In this document: one piece after another, positions 51,701-57,989 of the stretch
Numbering within the stretch: the stretch's first letter is position 1
Layout of the letters: every line of letters starts with the position of its first letter
Source: Ranitomeya imitator
Lineage: Eukaryota
Direction of reading: 5' to 3'
Assembly (NCBI RefSeq): GCF_032444005.1
Contig: NC_091286.1
Coordinates: forward strand, 434,558,001 to 434,622,000
Length of the DNA: 64,000 nt
Translations under genes and position numbers: made by a program
Notes under the pieces: generated by a model
What the model saw: only the letters and a program-made list of their open reading frames with translations
The model's database searches: none
What the model was told of the DNA's origin: nothing

Positions 51701-54299
51701 CGCACTTCTCCAGTCCATCCTTAACTCTGCTGCCTGGCTAATTAATCTCTCTCTCCTGACTACTCCACTGCTTCTCCCCTCTGCAAATCTCTTCACTGGC
51801 TCCCATTACCTCAGCATATCCAGTTCAAATGACTAATAATGACTTGGAAAGCCATCCCCAACCTATCTCCTCCATATATCTCTTACCTAATCTCCCGATA
51901 TCTTCCCTCACGTAATCTTCGGTCCTCCCAAGACCTCCTTCTCTCCGCCACACTTATTCGTTCCTCACCTAATTGCCTCCAAGACTTCTCCTGAATATCC
52001 CCAATCCTCTGGAATTCTGTGCCTCAACACGTCGGACTATCAACCACATTCGGATCCTTCAGACGGAACCTGAAAACCCATCTCTTCAAGAAATCCTACA
52101 GCCTGCAATGACCCCACTGCCTCCTCACCACCACTGGAGCTACCCTCTCACCAACACCAGAGCTGCCACAACCCCCCAACCCATTGTCTCCTTTCCCACC
52201 ATCTCATAGAATGTAAGCCCGCATGGGCAGGGTCCTCACCCCTCTGTATCAATCTGTCATTGTTAGTTCGCTTACTGTAAGTGATGTCTGTAATTTTTAT
52301 GTAACCCTTTCTCATGTACAGCACCATGGAATCATTGGTGCTATATAAATAATAATAATAATAATAATAATAAAAAGCACAGATGCCAATGAAGCCTTAG
52401 AAAGAACTACTTCCGCTATACTAATTTAGCATAAATTTTATTGAATATCACAACATAAATGACAAGAAATAGACAGTATTGGGTTAAAATATCACCAAAC
52501 TACATGGAACTCATGGAGACAGGACAACATCCCCACAGTACATCACTAGGACAATGGGCGTTAGATATAAAGTAGCGGTACATACTTCCCTGCATGTTCA
52601 ATGTAAATAGCCGTATCACAATAATAGTACAAACATGAACACACAGGTGAAAGAGTGCATCTATAAGTATACATGCACATCAATGTCAAATAGACATGTC
52701 CCAAATGGGAAACATACCTCTGATGTAGCAGAGGAGATGTGTCAGGGGTGGGCTGGAGCTGACACATCTCCTCTGCTACATCACCGGTATGTTTCCCATT
52801 TGGGACATTGATGTGCATGTATACTTATAGATGCACTCTTTCACCTGTGTGTTCATGTTTGTACTATTATTGTGATACGGCTATTTACATTGAACATGCA
52901 GGGAAGTATGTACCGCAGCATTATATCTAACGTCCATTGTCCTAGTGATGTACTGTGGGGATGTTGTCCTGTCTCCATAAGCTCCATGTAGTTTGGTGAT
53001 ATTTTAACCCACTACTGTCTATTTCTTGTCATTTATGTTGTGATATTCCATAAAATTCTTTAATTTTTATTGGACTTTTTGCACCAATTTTTCTAGTGGT
53101 TTGTGCTTGATAAGCATTGGTGTGTTCCATATTACTCCATCAACAGGTTTATGCCAACCATATTGTATTGTTTAATTTGACAACATGCTTGGATGGTTAT
53201 ATCATTATTGCCTGTTTTGTTTTCCTTGCTTTCATAATTTAGCATAACTTTTTAAATAGTAGGAAAAAATAATGTTGAAGTATACTACAGATTCATAGGT
53301 CAAGAGAAATTCTACCTGACGGTACTTTTTGTTTTAAATAGTCAAACATAGAATCCTGTCAGGTCTTATTTTATCCAAAGCATGATGGGATAAAAAATTG
53401 AATTGTATTAAAATTTTCTGTTACTTGCTCTTGGTTTTGAATAGAAAAATAGTTTGCACCAATTGCATCTATATTTTTTGGTATAACATATGTAACATGG
53501 TTTAACAGTTATACTTCAGGTTTGCCTTTTTATTAACAGATCCAAAATATTTAAATGCTAAGTACAGAGATGAGCATGTTGTTCGGTGTATATTTATTGA
53601 TGAACACAGTTAGTGCATTTTTATATATACAGATAAAATGTTTGTTGATATTGTATCATTTTTTTAAATATTTGTTTTACTTTGTGTCTATTTGTTTTAT
53701 GCTCAACATTGAGAAGTGCTTAAAATAGCGGTCTTCTGTTTTGTGTTTTAAGTTGTCTGTCATCTTTCATTCCTTGTCAAATTATTGGTATAAAAATGTT
53801 TATATCAAGAGAAAAACCTGATGGCTCATCCCCATATATGCAAATTAATTAAAATTGGACTTGTAATCCATAGACTAGCTGCAACCATCACGGTGAAGCT
53901 CACAACCTGATTATGAAAACAAATACTTTAAGAAATGCAAAGTCAATATTCCTTCACTATTAAGTTATTTTTAATTCCTGTTATTTGCCTTACGTTGCCT
54001 TAAACTTAAAATTTATGCCTATTGTTACTGTGAACTGAAATGAAAGAAAATATAAATTTTTCATGCACTACTGTACTTGCTGTACGTTTATTCTAAAACT
54101 ACTTTACTTACATGTTCAATGTCATAGCTCATTTTAAATACATATATGAATCCAAAATAAATGATATATGTTGTATCTTACAGGTTCTACTCAAACAACA
54201 TTTTCCACAACACCTTTCGTACCACCAAATTCTGGTATGTTTTTTTTCTGAGTAATTTAACATATGCAATATTTAAATGATTAGATAAATAGAGATAAA

Positions 54300-54372
<73 letters not shown>

Positions 54373-55015
54373 TGTTATTGCTATCTTAGAGGCTTAGTTT
54401 GGGCTTGCATTGGTGATCTTTTATGCTAATAAAAGAAAAATGTGATGATTTGTATTAAAAAAAAGAATAGTGTCATTTTCCAACATTATAGTGTTGTTTT
54501 GCTTGTTTTTTTTATGCAAACAACCATTAACATGTATGTAAATAATTAGCTAAGATTTACATAAGATCTTTTGTGAAGTCTTATATACTGACACTGACCA
54601 TGGAAGCATTCTTTCCAGCATTTCATAGTTACGTTTCAAAGTTCCCCTGTGCTATAATCTAGAAAAAATATTTTATTCATTGACTTTTTTTTCATCAAAG
54701 TGCGTGTGTGTTTGGTGTTATCAAAAATGGCATTAATTTAAATTAACATATGATATTTTTTTTATTTTGACAGGTAATTGTGAAGTTAGTGGTGATCCCC
54801 ATTATTACACGTTTGATAATCAGGTTCACCACTTTATGGGAACATGCACCTACACCTTATCCAAACTCTGCAAAGATGAAGGAAACCTTACAGACTTCAA
54901 TGTGGAAGCGGCAAATGAGAACAGGGGAGGCAACACCAAAGTGTCCTATGTTAAATATGTAAATGTGTATGTCTATGAATACAAGATCACGCTGGAAAAG
55001 AATAGAGTTGTTAAG
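4905..55015 (+). CDS. Multi-exon FCGBP/zonadhesin/mucin-like gene (VWD-C8-TIL, MAM and PTS modules), partial at both ends
   Basis: Chain of GT-AG exons with compatible phases; GDPH and CGLCG VWD motifs, C8 and TIL cysteine patterns, MAM motifs. Confidence 0.92.
5293..5564 (+). CDS. Exon: polyproline linker plus C8 domain (copy 1)
   Basis: GTAG/ATGT...TGTG/GTAAG; FESCVYDQC...YAAACE; phase 2-1. Confidence 0.92.
5646..5765 (+). CDS. Exon: PTS, 120 bp (copy 1)
   Basis: TTTAG/GAGAA...ACCAG/GTAAA; Thr-rich; phase 1-1. Confidence 0.88.
6603..6772 (+). pseudogene. Probably degenerate PTS exon
   Basis: Thr/Pro/Ser-rich frame [10 protein letters not shown]...STSTT ending at a GC donor (ACAG/GCAAG); TAA at 6613 in the PTS frame. 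Confidence 0.45.
6950..6994 (+). CDS. Exon: PTS, 45 bp
   Basis: TTTTAG/ATAAG...CAAG/GTAAG; [14 protein letters not shown]; phase 1-1. Confidence 0.75.
7077..7143. repeat. (TA)n microsatellite; others at about 27678-27710 and 54300-54370
   Basis: Seen directly. Confidence 0.95.
8006..8360. mobile_element. PIF/Harbinger-like MITE
   Basis: TIR GGCTAGTTTCACATTT versus GGCTGGTTTCATATTT; flanks TAA/TTA; absent at the paralogous site near 41740. Confidence 0.7.
9278..9418 (+). CDS. Exon: MAM part 1 (copy 1)
   Basis: [10 protein letters not shown]...W...[10 protein letters not shown]; phase 1-1. Confidence 0.92.
9508..9764 (+). CDS. Exon: MAM part 2 (copy 1)
   Basis: ARLESP...[10 protein letters not shown]; phase 1-0. 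Confidence 0.92.
10912..10993 (+). CDS. Exon: MAM part 3 (copy 1)
   Basis: IFIEG...[14 protein letters not shown]; phase 0-1. Confidence 0.92.
12205..12270 (+). CDS. Exon: PTS, 66 bp (copy 1)
   Basis: TTAG/TTAAA...ACAG/GTATG; poly-Thr; phase 1-1. Confidence 0.85.
13002..14404. mobile_element. Old Harbinger-like MITE interrupted by an L1 fragment
   Basis: GGCTATGTTCACATG...CATGTGCGACCATAGCC termini; uninterrupted paralog from about 45366. Confidence 0.55.
13452..14359 (+). mobile_element. 5'-truncated L1/Tx1-type LINE
   Basis: ORF 13463-13891 resembles an ORF2 C-terminus (IFWQCP...FW); A-rich tail; 14-bp TSD TTTGCATTAAAAAC at 13438 and 14360. Confidence 0.75.
14557..14598 (+). CDS. Exon: PTS, 42 bp (copy 1)
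   Basis: AATAG/TTATC...ACAG/GTAAA; phase 1-1; paralog at 45975. Confidence 0.78.
14751..15080. mobile_element. Old hAT-type MITE shared by both duplicate copies (paralog 46231-46563)
   Basis: CAGGGGTG...TCCCCTG termini; decayed TSD. Confidence 0.6.
15866..15946 (+). CDS. Exon: PTS, 81 bp
   Basis: ATCAG/GGTCA...CCAG/GTATG; [26 protein letters not shown]; phase 1-1. Confidence 0.82.
16576..16938. mobile_element. PIF/Harbinger-like MITE
   Basis: Perfect 20-bp TIR GGCTACTTTCACACTAGCGT; TAA TSD on both sides. Confidence 0.88.
17835..18076 (+). CDS. Exon: VWD N-terminal half with GDPH
   Basis: [25 protein letters not shown]; phase 1-0. Confidence 0.93.
18251..18534 (+). CDS. Exon: VWD C-terminal half
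   Basis: VCGLCGNFN; phase 0-2. Confidence 0.93.
18572..18889. mobile_element. T2/Kolobok-like MITE
   Basis: TTAA flanks; termini AGGGGTTGTCCAC versus AGGCATTGTCCAC. Confidence 0.65.
19004..19281 (+). CDS. Exon: C8 domain
   Basis: [16 protein letters not shown]...CFYDLC...YAQSC; phase 2-1. Confidence 0.92.
19503..20098 (+). CDS. Exon: TIL, VWC-like linker and VWD N-terminal half (NDPH variant)
   Basis: [18 protein letters not shown]...[13 protein letters not shown]; phase 1-0. Confidence 0.92.
20199..20775 (+). CDS. Exon: VWD C-terminal half plus C8
   Basis: [16 protein letters not shown] linker, CVFDLC; phase 0-1. Confidence 0.93.
21240..21442 (+). CDS. Exon: TIL domain
   Basis: [18 protein letters not shown]...CVEGCEC; phase 1-0. 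Confidence 0.92.
21559..21939 (+). CDS. Exon: VWC-like linker plus VWD N-terminal half with GDPH
   Basis: [14 protein letters not shown]; 381 bp; phase 0-0. Confidence 0.93.
22412..22695 (+). CDS. Exon: VWD C-terminal half (copy 2 of 4905-5188)
   Basis: Same length and splice sites; near-identical protein. Confidence 0.93.
22806..23077 (+). CDS. Exon: C8 (copy 2 of 5293-5564)
   Basis: 272 bp; phase 2-1. Confidence 0.92.
23159..23278 (+). CDS. Exon: PTS, 120 bp (copy 2)
   Basis: Same peptide as 5646-5765. Confidence 0.88.
23592..23786. mobile_element. Short Harbinger-like MITE
   Basis: Imperfect TIR AGCCAAGTTCACACATTCAGTATT versus GGCCACGTTCACATGTTCAGTATT. Confidence 0.55.
23794..25470. 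mobile_element. Non-autonomous hAT element containing a CA/TA-rich low-complexity tract (about 24110-24810)
   Basis: CAGGGCCGG TIRs; exact 8-bp TSD CTTACTAT. Confidence 0.88.
26083..27948. mobile_element. Non-autonomous Harbinger-like foldback element
   Basis: TIR GGCCGCCGTCACACA (1 mismatch); TGA TSD confirmed by the empty site at about 7626; internal inverted repeat of about 270 bp. Confidence 0.85.
29105..29902 (-). repeat. 3' LTR (798 bp)
   Basis: TGTT...AACA termini; PPT adjacent at 29903-29917. Confidence 0.93.
29846..34078 (-). CDS. gag-pol: Intact single-ORF Gag-Pol with chromodomain (unit 1; likely start MDIRS at 33964)
   Basis: [14 protein letters not shown] knuckle, [20 protein letters not shown], chromodomain; no stops. 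Confidence 0.95.
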   Translation of the reverse strand: MILNRGKKEVLRPFFFLCTVFCLFFPLDIWVVQYTGVAMDIRSLSSFVDQLSARVQKIQDTIDQKAMLEPRIPIPDLFFGDRTKFLSFKNNCKLFLALKPRSSGDPVQQVLIVISFLRGDPQDWAFSLAPGDPALSNIDAFFLALGLLYDEPNSVDQAEKNLLALCQGQDEIEVYCQKFRKWSVLTQWNESALAAMFRKGLSEALKDVMVGFPMPAGLNESMSLAIHIGRRLRERKSVHHLAVLPELKPEPMQCDRTLTRVKRQEHRRLNGLCFYCGDATHAISDCPKRTKQFARSATIGTVQSKFLLSVTLICSLSSYSVMAFVDSGAALNLMDLEYAKRCGFLLEPLQCPIPLRGIDATPLAKNKPQYWTQLTMCMAPAHQKVIRFLKLHNLHDVVVLGLPWLQTHNPVLDWKSMSVSSWGCQGVHGDVPFLSISSSTPSEVPEFLSDYRDVFDEPKSDALPPHRDCDCAINLIPGSKFPKGRLFNLSVPEHAAMRSYVKESLEKGHIRPSSSPLGAGFFFVAKKDGSLRPCIDYRLLNKITVKFQYPLPLLSDLFARIKGASWFTKIDLRGAYNLVRIRRGDEWKTAFNTPEGHFEYLVMPFGLANAPSVFQSFMHDIFREYLDKFLIVYLDDILIFSDDWESHVKQVRTVFQVLRANSLFVKGSKGLFGVQKVSFLGFIFSPSTIEMDPVKVQAIHDWTQPTSLKSLQKFLGFANFYRRFICNFSSIAKPLTDLTKKGADLVSWSSAAVEAFQDLKRRFSSAPVLCQPDVSLLFQVEVDASEIGAGAVLSQRGSDCSVMKPCAFFSRKFSPAEQNYDVGNRELLAMKWAFEEWRHWLEGAKHRVVVLTDHKNLTYLESAKRLNPRQARWSLFFARFDFVISYLPGSKNVKADALSRSFVPDSPGLSEPAGILKEGVIVSAISPDLRRVLQKFQANKPDRCPAERLFVPDRWTNKVTSEVHCSVLAGHPGIFGTRELVARSFWWPSLSRDVRVFVQSCGICARAKPCCSRASGLLLPLPVPKRPWTHISMDFISDLPVSQKMSVIWVVCDRFSKMVHLVPLSKLPSSSDLVPLFFQHVVRLHGIPENIVSDRGSQFLLRFWRAFCGRMGIDLSFSSAFHPQTNGQTERTNQTLETYLRCFVSADQDDWVSFLPLAEFALNNRASSATLVSPFFCNSGFHPRFSSGQVESSDCPGVDTVVDRLQQIWTHVVDNLTLSQEKAQRFANRRRRVGPRLRVGDLVWLSSHHIPMKVSSPKFRPRFIGPYRISEVLNPVSFRLTLPDSFSIHNVFHRSLLRRYVAPMVPSVDPPAPVLVEGELEYIVEKILDSRVSRRKLQYLVKWKGYAQEDNSWVFASDVHAPDHVRAFHVAHPGWPGGSGEGSVTPPQGGGYCCEFCGRAPSCGHKCYFG
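34101..34891 (-). repeat. Shared middle LTR (791 bp)
   Basis: Has a PPT on one side and a PBS-position sequence on the other; private 11-bp deletion. Confidence 0.93.
34884..39065 (-). CDS. gag-pol: Intact single-ORF Gag-Pol with chromodomain (unit 2)
   Basis: Nearly identical to unit 1; no stops. Confidence 0.95.
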   Translation of the reverse strand: MILNRGKKEVLRPFFFLCTVFCLFFPLDIWVVQYTGVAMDIRSLSSFVDQLSARVQKIQDTIDQKAMLEPRIPIPDLFFGDRTKFLSFKNNCKLFLALKPRSSGDPVQQVLIVISFLRGDPQDWAFSLAPGDPALSNIDAFFLALGLLYDEPNSVDQAEKNLLALCQGQVEIEVYCQKFRKWSVLTQWNESALAAMFRKGLSEALKDVMVGFPMPAGLNESMSLAIHIGRRLRERKSVHHLAVLPELKPEPMQCDRTLTRVKRQEHRRLNGLCFYCGDATHAISDCPKRTKRFARSATIGTVQSKFLLSVTLICSLSSYSVMAFVDSGAALNLMDLEYAKRCGFLLEPLQCPIPLRGIDATPLAKNKPQYWTQLTMCMAPAHQKVIRFLELHNLHDVVVLGLPWLQTHNPVLDWKSMSVSSWGCQGVHGDVPFLSISSSTPSEVPEFLSDYRDVFDEPKSDALPPHRDCDCAINLIPGSKFPKGRLFNLSVPEHAAMRSYVKESLEKGHIRPSSSPLGAGFFFVAKKDGSLRPCIDYRLLNKITVKFQYPLPLLSDLFARIKGASWFTKIDLRGAYNLVRIRRGDEWKTAFNTPEGHFEYLVMPFGLANAPSVFQSFMHDIFREYLDKFLIVYLDDILIFSDDWESHVKQVRTVFQVLRANSLFVKGSKGLFGVQKVSFLGFIFSPSTIEMDPVKVQAIHDWTQPTSLKSLQKFLGFANFYRRFICNFSSIAKPLTDLTKKGADLVSWSSAAVEAFQDLKRRFSSAPVLCQPDVSLLFQVEVDASEIGAGAVLSQRGSDCSVMKSCAFFSRKFSPAEQNYDVGNRELLAMKWAFEEWRHWLEGAKHRVVVLTDHKNLTYLESAKRLNPRQARWSLFFARFDFVISYLPGSKNVKADALSRSFVPDSPGLSEPAGILKEGVIVSAISPDLRRVLQKFQANKPDRCPAERLFVPDRWTNKVTSEVHCSVLAGHPGIFGTRELVARSFWWPSLSRDVRVFVQSCGICARAKPCCSRASGLLLPLPVPKRPWTHISMDFISDLPVSQKMSVIWVVCDRFSKMVHLVPLSKLPSSSDLVPLFFQHVVRLHGIPENIVSDRGSQFLLRFWRAFCGRMGIDLSFSSAFHPQTNGQTERTNQTLETYLRCFVSADQDDWVSFLPLAEFALNNRASSATLVSPFFCNSGFHPRFSSGQVESSDCPGVDTVVDRLQQIWTHVVDNLTLSQEKAQRFANRRRRVGPRLRVGDLVWLSSRHIPMKVSSPKFRPRFIGPYRISEVLNPVSFRLTLPDSFSIHNVFHRSLLRRYVAPMVPSVDPPAPVLVEGELEYIVEKILDSRVSRRKLQYLVKWKGYAQEDNSWVFASDVHAPDHVRAFHVAHPGWPGGSGEGSVTPPQGGVLL
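39076..39085 (-). promoter_or_regulatory. Non-tRNA primer-binding site complementary to an LTR-internal sequence (also at 34089-34098)
   Basis: Element-sense ACAGGAAGCC lies 2 nt after the LTR, with no TGG; its complement GGCTTCCTGT is at 39708-39699. Confidence 0.7.
39088..39889 (-). repeat. 5' LTR (802 bp)
   Basis: Same termini; followed by the GGCGAT TSD. Confidence 0.93.
42651..42791 (+). CDS. Exon: MAM part 1 (copy 2)
   Basis: 141 bp; 2 substitutions versus 9278-9418. Confidence 0.92.
42880..43136 (+). CDS. Exon: MAM part 2 (copy 2)
   Basis: 257 bp paralog of 9508-9764. Confidence 0.92.
43383..43464 (+). CDS. Exon: MAM part 3 (copy 2)
   Basis: 82 bp paralog of 10912-10993. Confidence 0.92.
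44318..44380 (+). CDS. Exon: PTS, 63 bp (copy 2; one Thr codon shorter)
   Basis: Paralog of 12205-12270; phase 1-1. Confidence 0.85.
44552..44834. mobile_element. hAT-type MITE
   Basis: TAGTGATGAGC TIR; exact 8-bp TSD GCAGTGAC; empty paralogous site at about 12430. Confidence 0.9.
45975..46016 (+). CDS. Exon: PTS, 42 bp (copy 2)
   Basis: Paralog of 14557-14598. Confidence 0.78.
49278..50225 (+). CDS. Large PTS mucin exon (about 316 codons); 5' boundary uncertain
   Basis: Open Thr/Ser-rich frame ending at GCAG/GTATG; the candidate acceptor ACAG/AATC gives phase 1-1 but has a weak pyrimidine tract. Confidence 0.75.
50595..52372 (+). mobile_element. Decayed L2-clade LINE (RT region and 3' end)
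   Basis: [23 protein letters not shown] and [11 protein letters not shown] motifs; (AAT)n tail; frameshifts; 5' boundary approximate. Confidence 0.85.
52434..53057. repeat. Long palindrome with arms of about 300 bp and a 13-nt loop
   Basis: 52434-52745 is the reverse complement of 52759-53057 with few mismatches and one 13-bp indel. Confidence 0.92.
54184..54234 (+). CDS. Exon: PTS, 51 bp
   Basis: TACAG/GTTCT...TCTG/GTATG; [16 protein letters not shown]; phase 1-1. Confidence 0.8.
54774..55015 (+). CDS. Exon: VWD N-terminal half with GDPH (older paralog of 17835-18076)
   Basis: 242 bp; [15 protein letters not shown]; phase 1-0. Confidence 0.92.
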
Positions 55016-55195
55016 GTCAGTTCCTAACAATTAACTAATGTATTACATAATGTTATTACAATCTATTTTGTGTGCATGTTTTATAGTAATTATTTCTATA
55101 GTAGTTCTTTCAGTATAACTTAATGGAGTATGAGAATTAATCCTAAATGTATTTAGAACTAAATGATACAAGATCATAACATTAATACATTTATA

Positions 55196-55326
55196 CAGGG
55201 CCAGACGGGCCATCTGGCAATTCTGGCAAATGCCAGAAGGGCCTGTATGGTTATGGGCTGCCTTGTCTGCTATGTTGTTAACAGAATCGGTGTTCTTAAG
55301 ATACCCATACTGTTAATAGTTGTGAC
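55196..55326. mobile_element. Possible left end of a hAT-type MITE interrupted by the large hAT
   Basis: CAGGGCC terminus; the other end is not in the window. Confidence 0.35.
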
Positions 55327-56562
55327 TAGAGTTGAGCGACCTTGACCTTTTTAGAGTCGAGCCGGGTTTCGCGAAACCCGACTATCTCAAAAGTCGGGTC
55401 GAGTGAAATCAGCCGATTATGACGTAAAGTCGGGATCGACCGAAACACGAAACCCAATGCAAGTCAATGGGGCAGCATAGTCGGCAGTGAGTGGGGGCCA
55501 GGAAAACACCTAGAGTGCCCATTTTAATGTCAAAACCATCCATTCTTCTTAATGAAGCTTGTCAAGCGTAATTTACCTTATAATAATTGGAAGGCATTTG
55601 AAATTGGGGGTCATTTGGCTAAAGTTGTGGTGGGTAGGGCTGGTTCAAGTAATTAGTGGGCCCAGGAAATCTGGACCACGTCACGGCAGTGGAGCAGGGA
55701 GAGGTAAGTATTTCAACTTTGCAAGTGCTGTGAACCTGAGCAAGCAGGGGGGGCCCACTCGTTGGCATTGGCACTGGCACAGGGCCCCTCAAAGTACAGC
55801 GGTGTGTTTGCACGGCGGGGCGCCTCCCACCGGCAGCAACACTTTTGCGTACCATGAGAGGCCCTGTGCCAGTGACGTCGCCAACTAGTATTCCTCCCCC
55901 CACCTGATGAAGGAACCTGCACTTTCATCTGCACCTTCCTGTTTGTCCCCGTGTAAGGTGGTATGGTATGCGGGAAGGGGGACCTGACTTTCAGCAGGGT
56001 CACAATCTTGCGGTGTAGCGTGCACGGGAAATGTTGCGTTATGGGTCAATGTACCAGCAGACTCATCTATCACTGGCTGGGCAATGGGCAGGATGAGGAG
56101 GAAACACAGATATAGGCCCAAAGAATAAAGTGGGCTAAATGCAGTTCAAAATTGGTAACACAGGACTAATCAGGGGGCATTGCAGTGGAGGACAACTGGA
56201 ATGAGAGGCTGACACAGAGAGTAGGCCCAAATCAGTAAGTAGTCGAAATGCAGTTCAAAATTGGCAACAGTAGTAAACAGGCGGCACAGCTTTGTTCAGT
56301 GGAGGAGAACAGCAAGGAGTGGCAGACACCGATAGTAGGCCCCAACCCAACTAGTAGGCCAAATGCAGTCTAACATTAACAACTACTTAACGAGCGCCTG
56401 AAAACGGAATTTCAGGACAGGAAACCAGGAGAACAGCAAGGAGCGGCAGACACCGATAGTAGGCCCCAAACCAACTAGTACGCCAAATGCAGTTGTTCCG
56501 TTTAACCACAATTTAATGAGAGCCTGAAGATAGAAGTTCAGGAAAGGCAACCTGGAGAACAC

Positions 56563-57535
56563 CTTGGAGTGGAACACACCATCTCTCTACACCCCATACC
56601 CAATTTGTAGGTCTAATGCAGCGTAGTTTCCAACAACTACTAAACGAGAGCATGATGATCGAAGCATTGGCGAGGAAACCTGGGGAACACCTTGGAGTGG
56701 AACACACCATCTCTCTACAGTGGAACACACCATCTCTCTACACCCCATACCCAATTTGTAGGCCTAATGCAGCGTAGTTTCCAACAACTACTAAACGAGA
56801 GCCGGAAGATCGAAGCAATGGAGAGGAAACCTGGGGAACACCTTGGAGTGTAACACACCATCTCTCTACACCCCATACCCAATTTGTAGGCCTAATGCAG
56901 CGTAGTTTCCAACAACTACTAAACGAGAGCATGATGATCGAAGCATTGGCGAGGAAACCTGGGGAACACCTTGGAGTGGAACACACCATCTCTCTACAGT
57001 GGAACACACCATCTCTCTACACCCCATACCCAATTTGTAGGCCTAATGCAGCGTAGTTTCCAACAACTACTAAACGAGAGCCGGAAGATCGAAGCTCAGG
57101 AAAGGCAACCTGGAGAACACCTTGGAGTGGAACACACCATCTCTCTACACCCCATACCCAATTTGTAGGCCCAATGCAGCGTAGTTTCCAACAACTACTA
57201 AACGAGAGCCGGAAGATCGAAGCAATGGAGAGGAAACCTGGGGAACACCTTGGAGTGTAACACACCATCTCTCTACACCCCACACCCAATTTGTAGGCCT
57301 AATGCAGCGTAGTTTCCAACAACTACTAAACGAGAGCCGGAAGATCGAAGCAATGGAGAGGAAACCTGGGGAACACCTTGGAGTGTAACACACCATCTCT
57401 CTACACCCCATACCCAATTTGTAGGCCTAATGCAGCGTAGTTTCCAACAACTACTAAACGAGAGCCGGAAGATCGAAGCTCAGGAAAGGCAACCTGGGGA
57501 ACACCTTGGAGTGTAACAAACCCTCTCTCTACACC
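56563..57535. repeat. Tandem array of 128/151-bp units
   Basis: CTTGGAGTG recurs at 56563, 56691, 56842, 56970, 57121, 57249, 57377 and 57505. Confidence 0.92.
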
Positions 57536-57571
57536 ACGGAAGGGCTGATTCTTAGGAAGGAAGGCTGTCGG

Positions 57572-57648
57572 AAAGAAGCAGGGCGCGTCCGAGGGTGATT
57601 ATATTCTTATTAGGTATATACTCACCCTCGGACGCGCCCTGCTTCTTT
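57572..57648. repeat. Perfect 27-bp GC-rich inverted repeat with a 23-nt loop
   Basis: AAAGAAGCAGGGCGCGTCCGAGGGTGA / TCACCCTCGGACGCGCCCTGCTTCTTT. Confidence 0.92.
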
Positions 57649-57989
57649 ATTTGTAATGAATGTTTATTTGCAATGTGGTTTTGACTTACTCTATTTTTTT
57701 GGTAAATAATGATTTTATTATTTTCATTGTTTTGCATCTTCTTGGCAATAATATAAAGAAGACGCGACAGGACAACACTCGGTGGATGCCATATCTGTGT
57801 TTAAAATTGAAAAAACCTTTCAGTTAACTACGTGCAGGAGAAAGTTATTGTAGCTGGTGGCCATTTTTAGTACTGTACCAGATTTTTGTTGTATGTGTTT
57901 GTTTTTAATGTTAAAATGTCTGCATTTGATATCTCTCCAGTATTTTCTTTTTTATAAGCAAAATACTTATTTTTATATTTTCTGATGTT

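Noticed and set aside
4905-55015. Assigning the symbol FCGBP or ZAN
   Set aside because: The architecture matches neither canonical gene, and the termini and synteny are not visible
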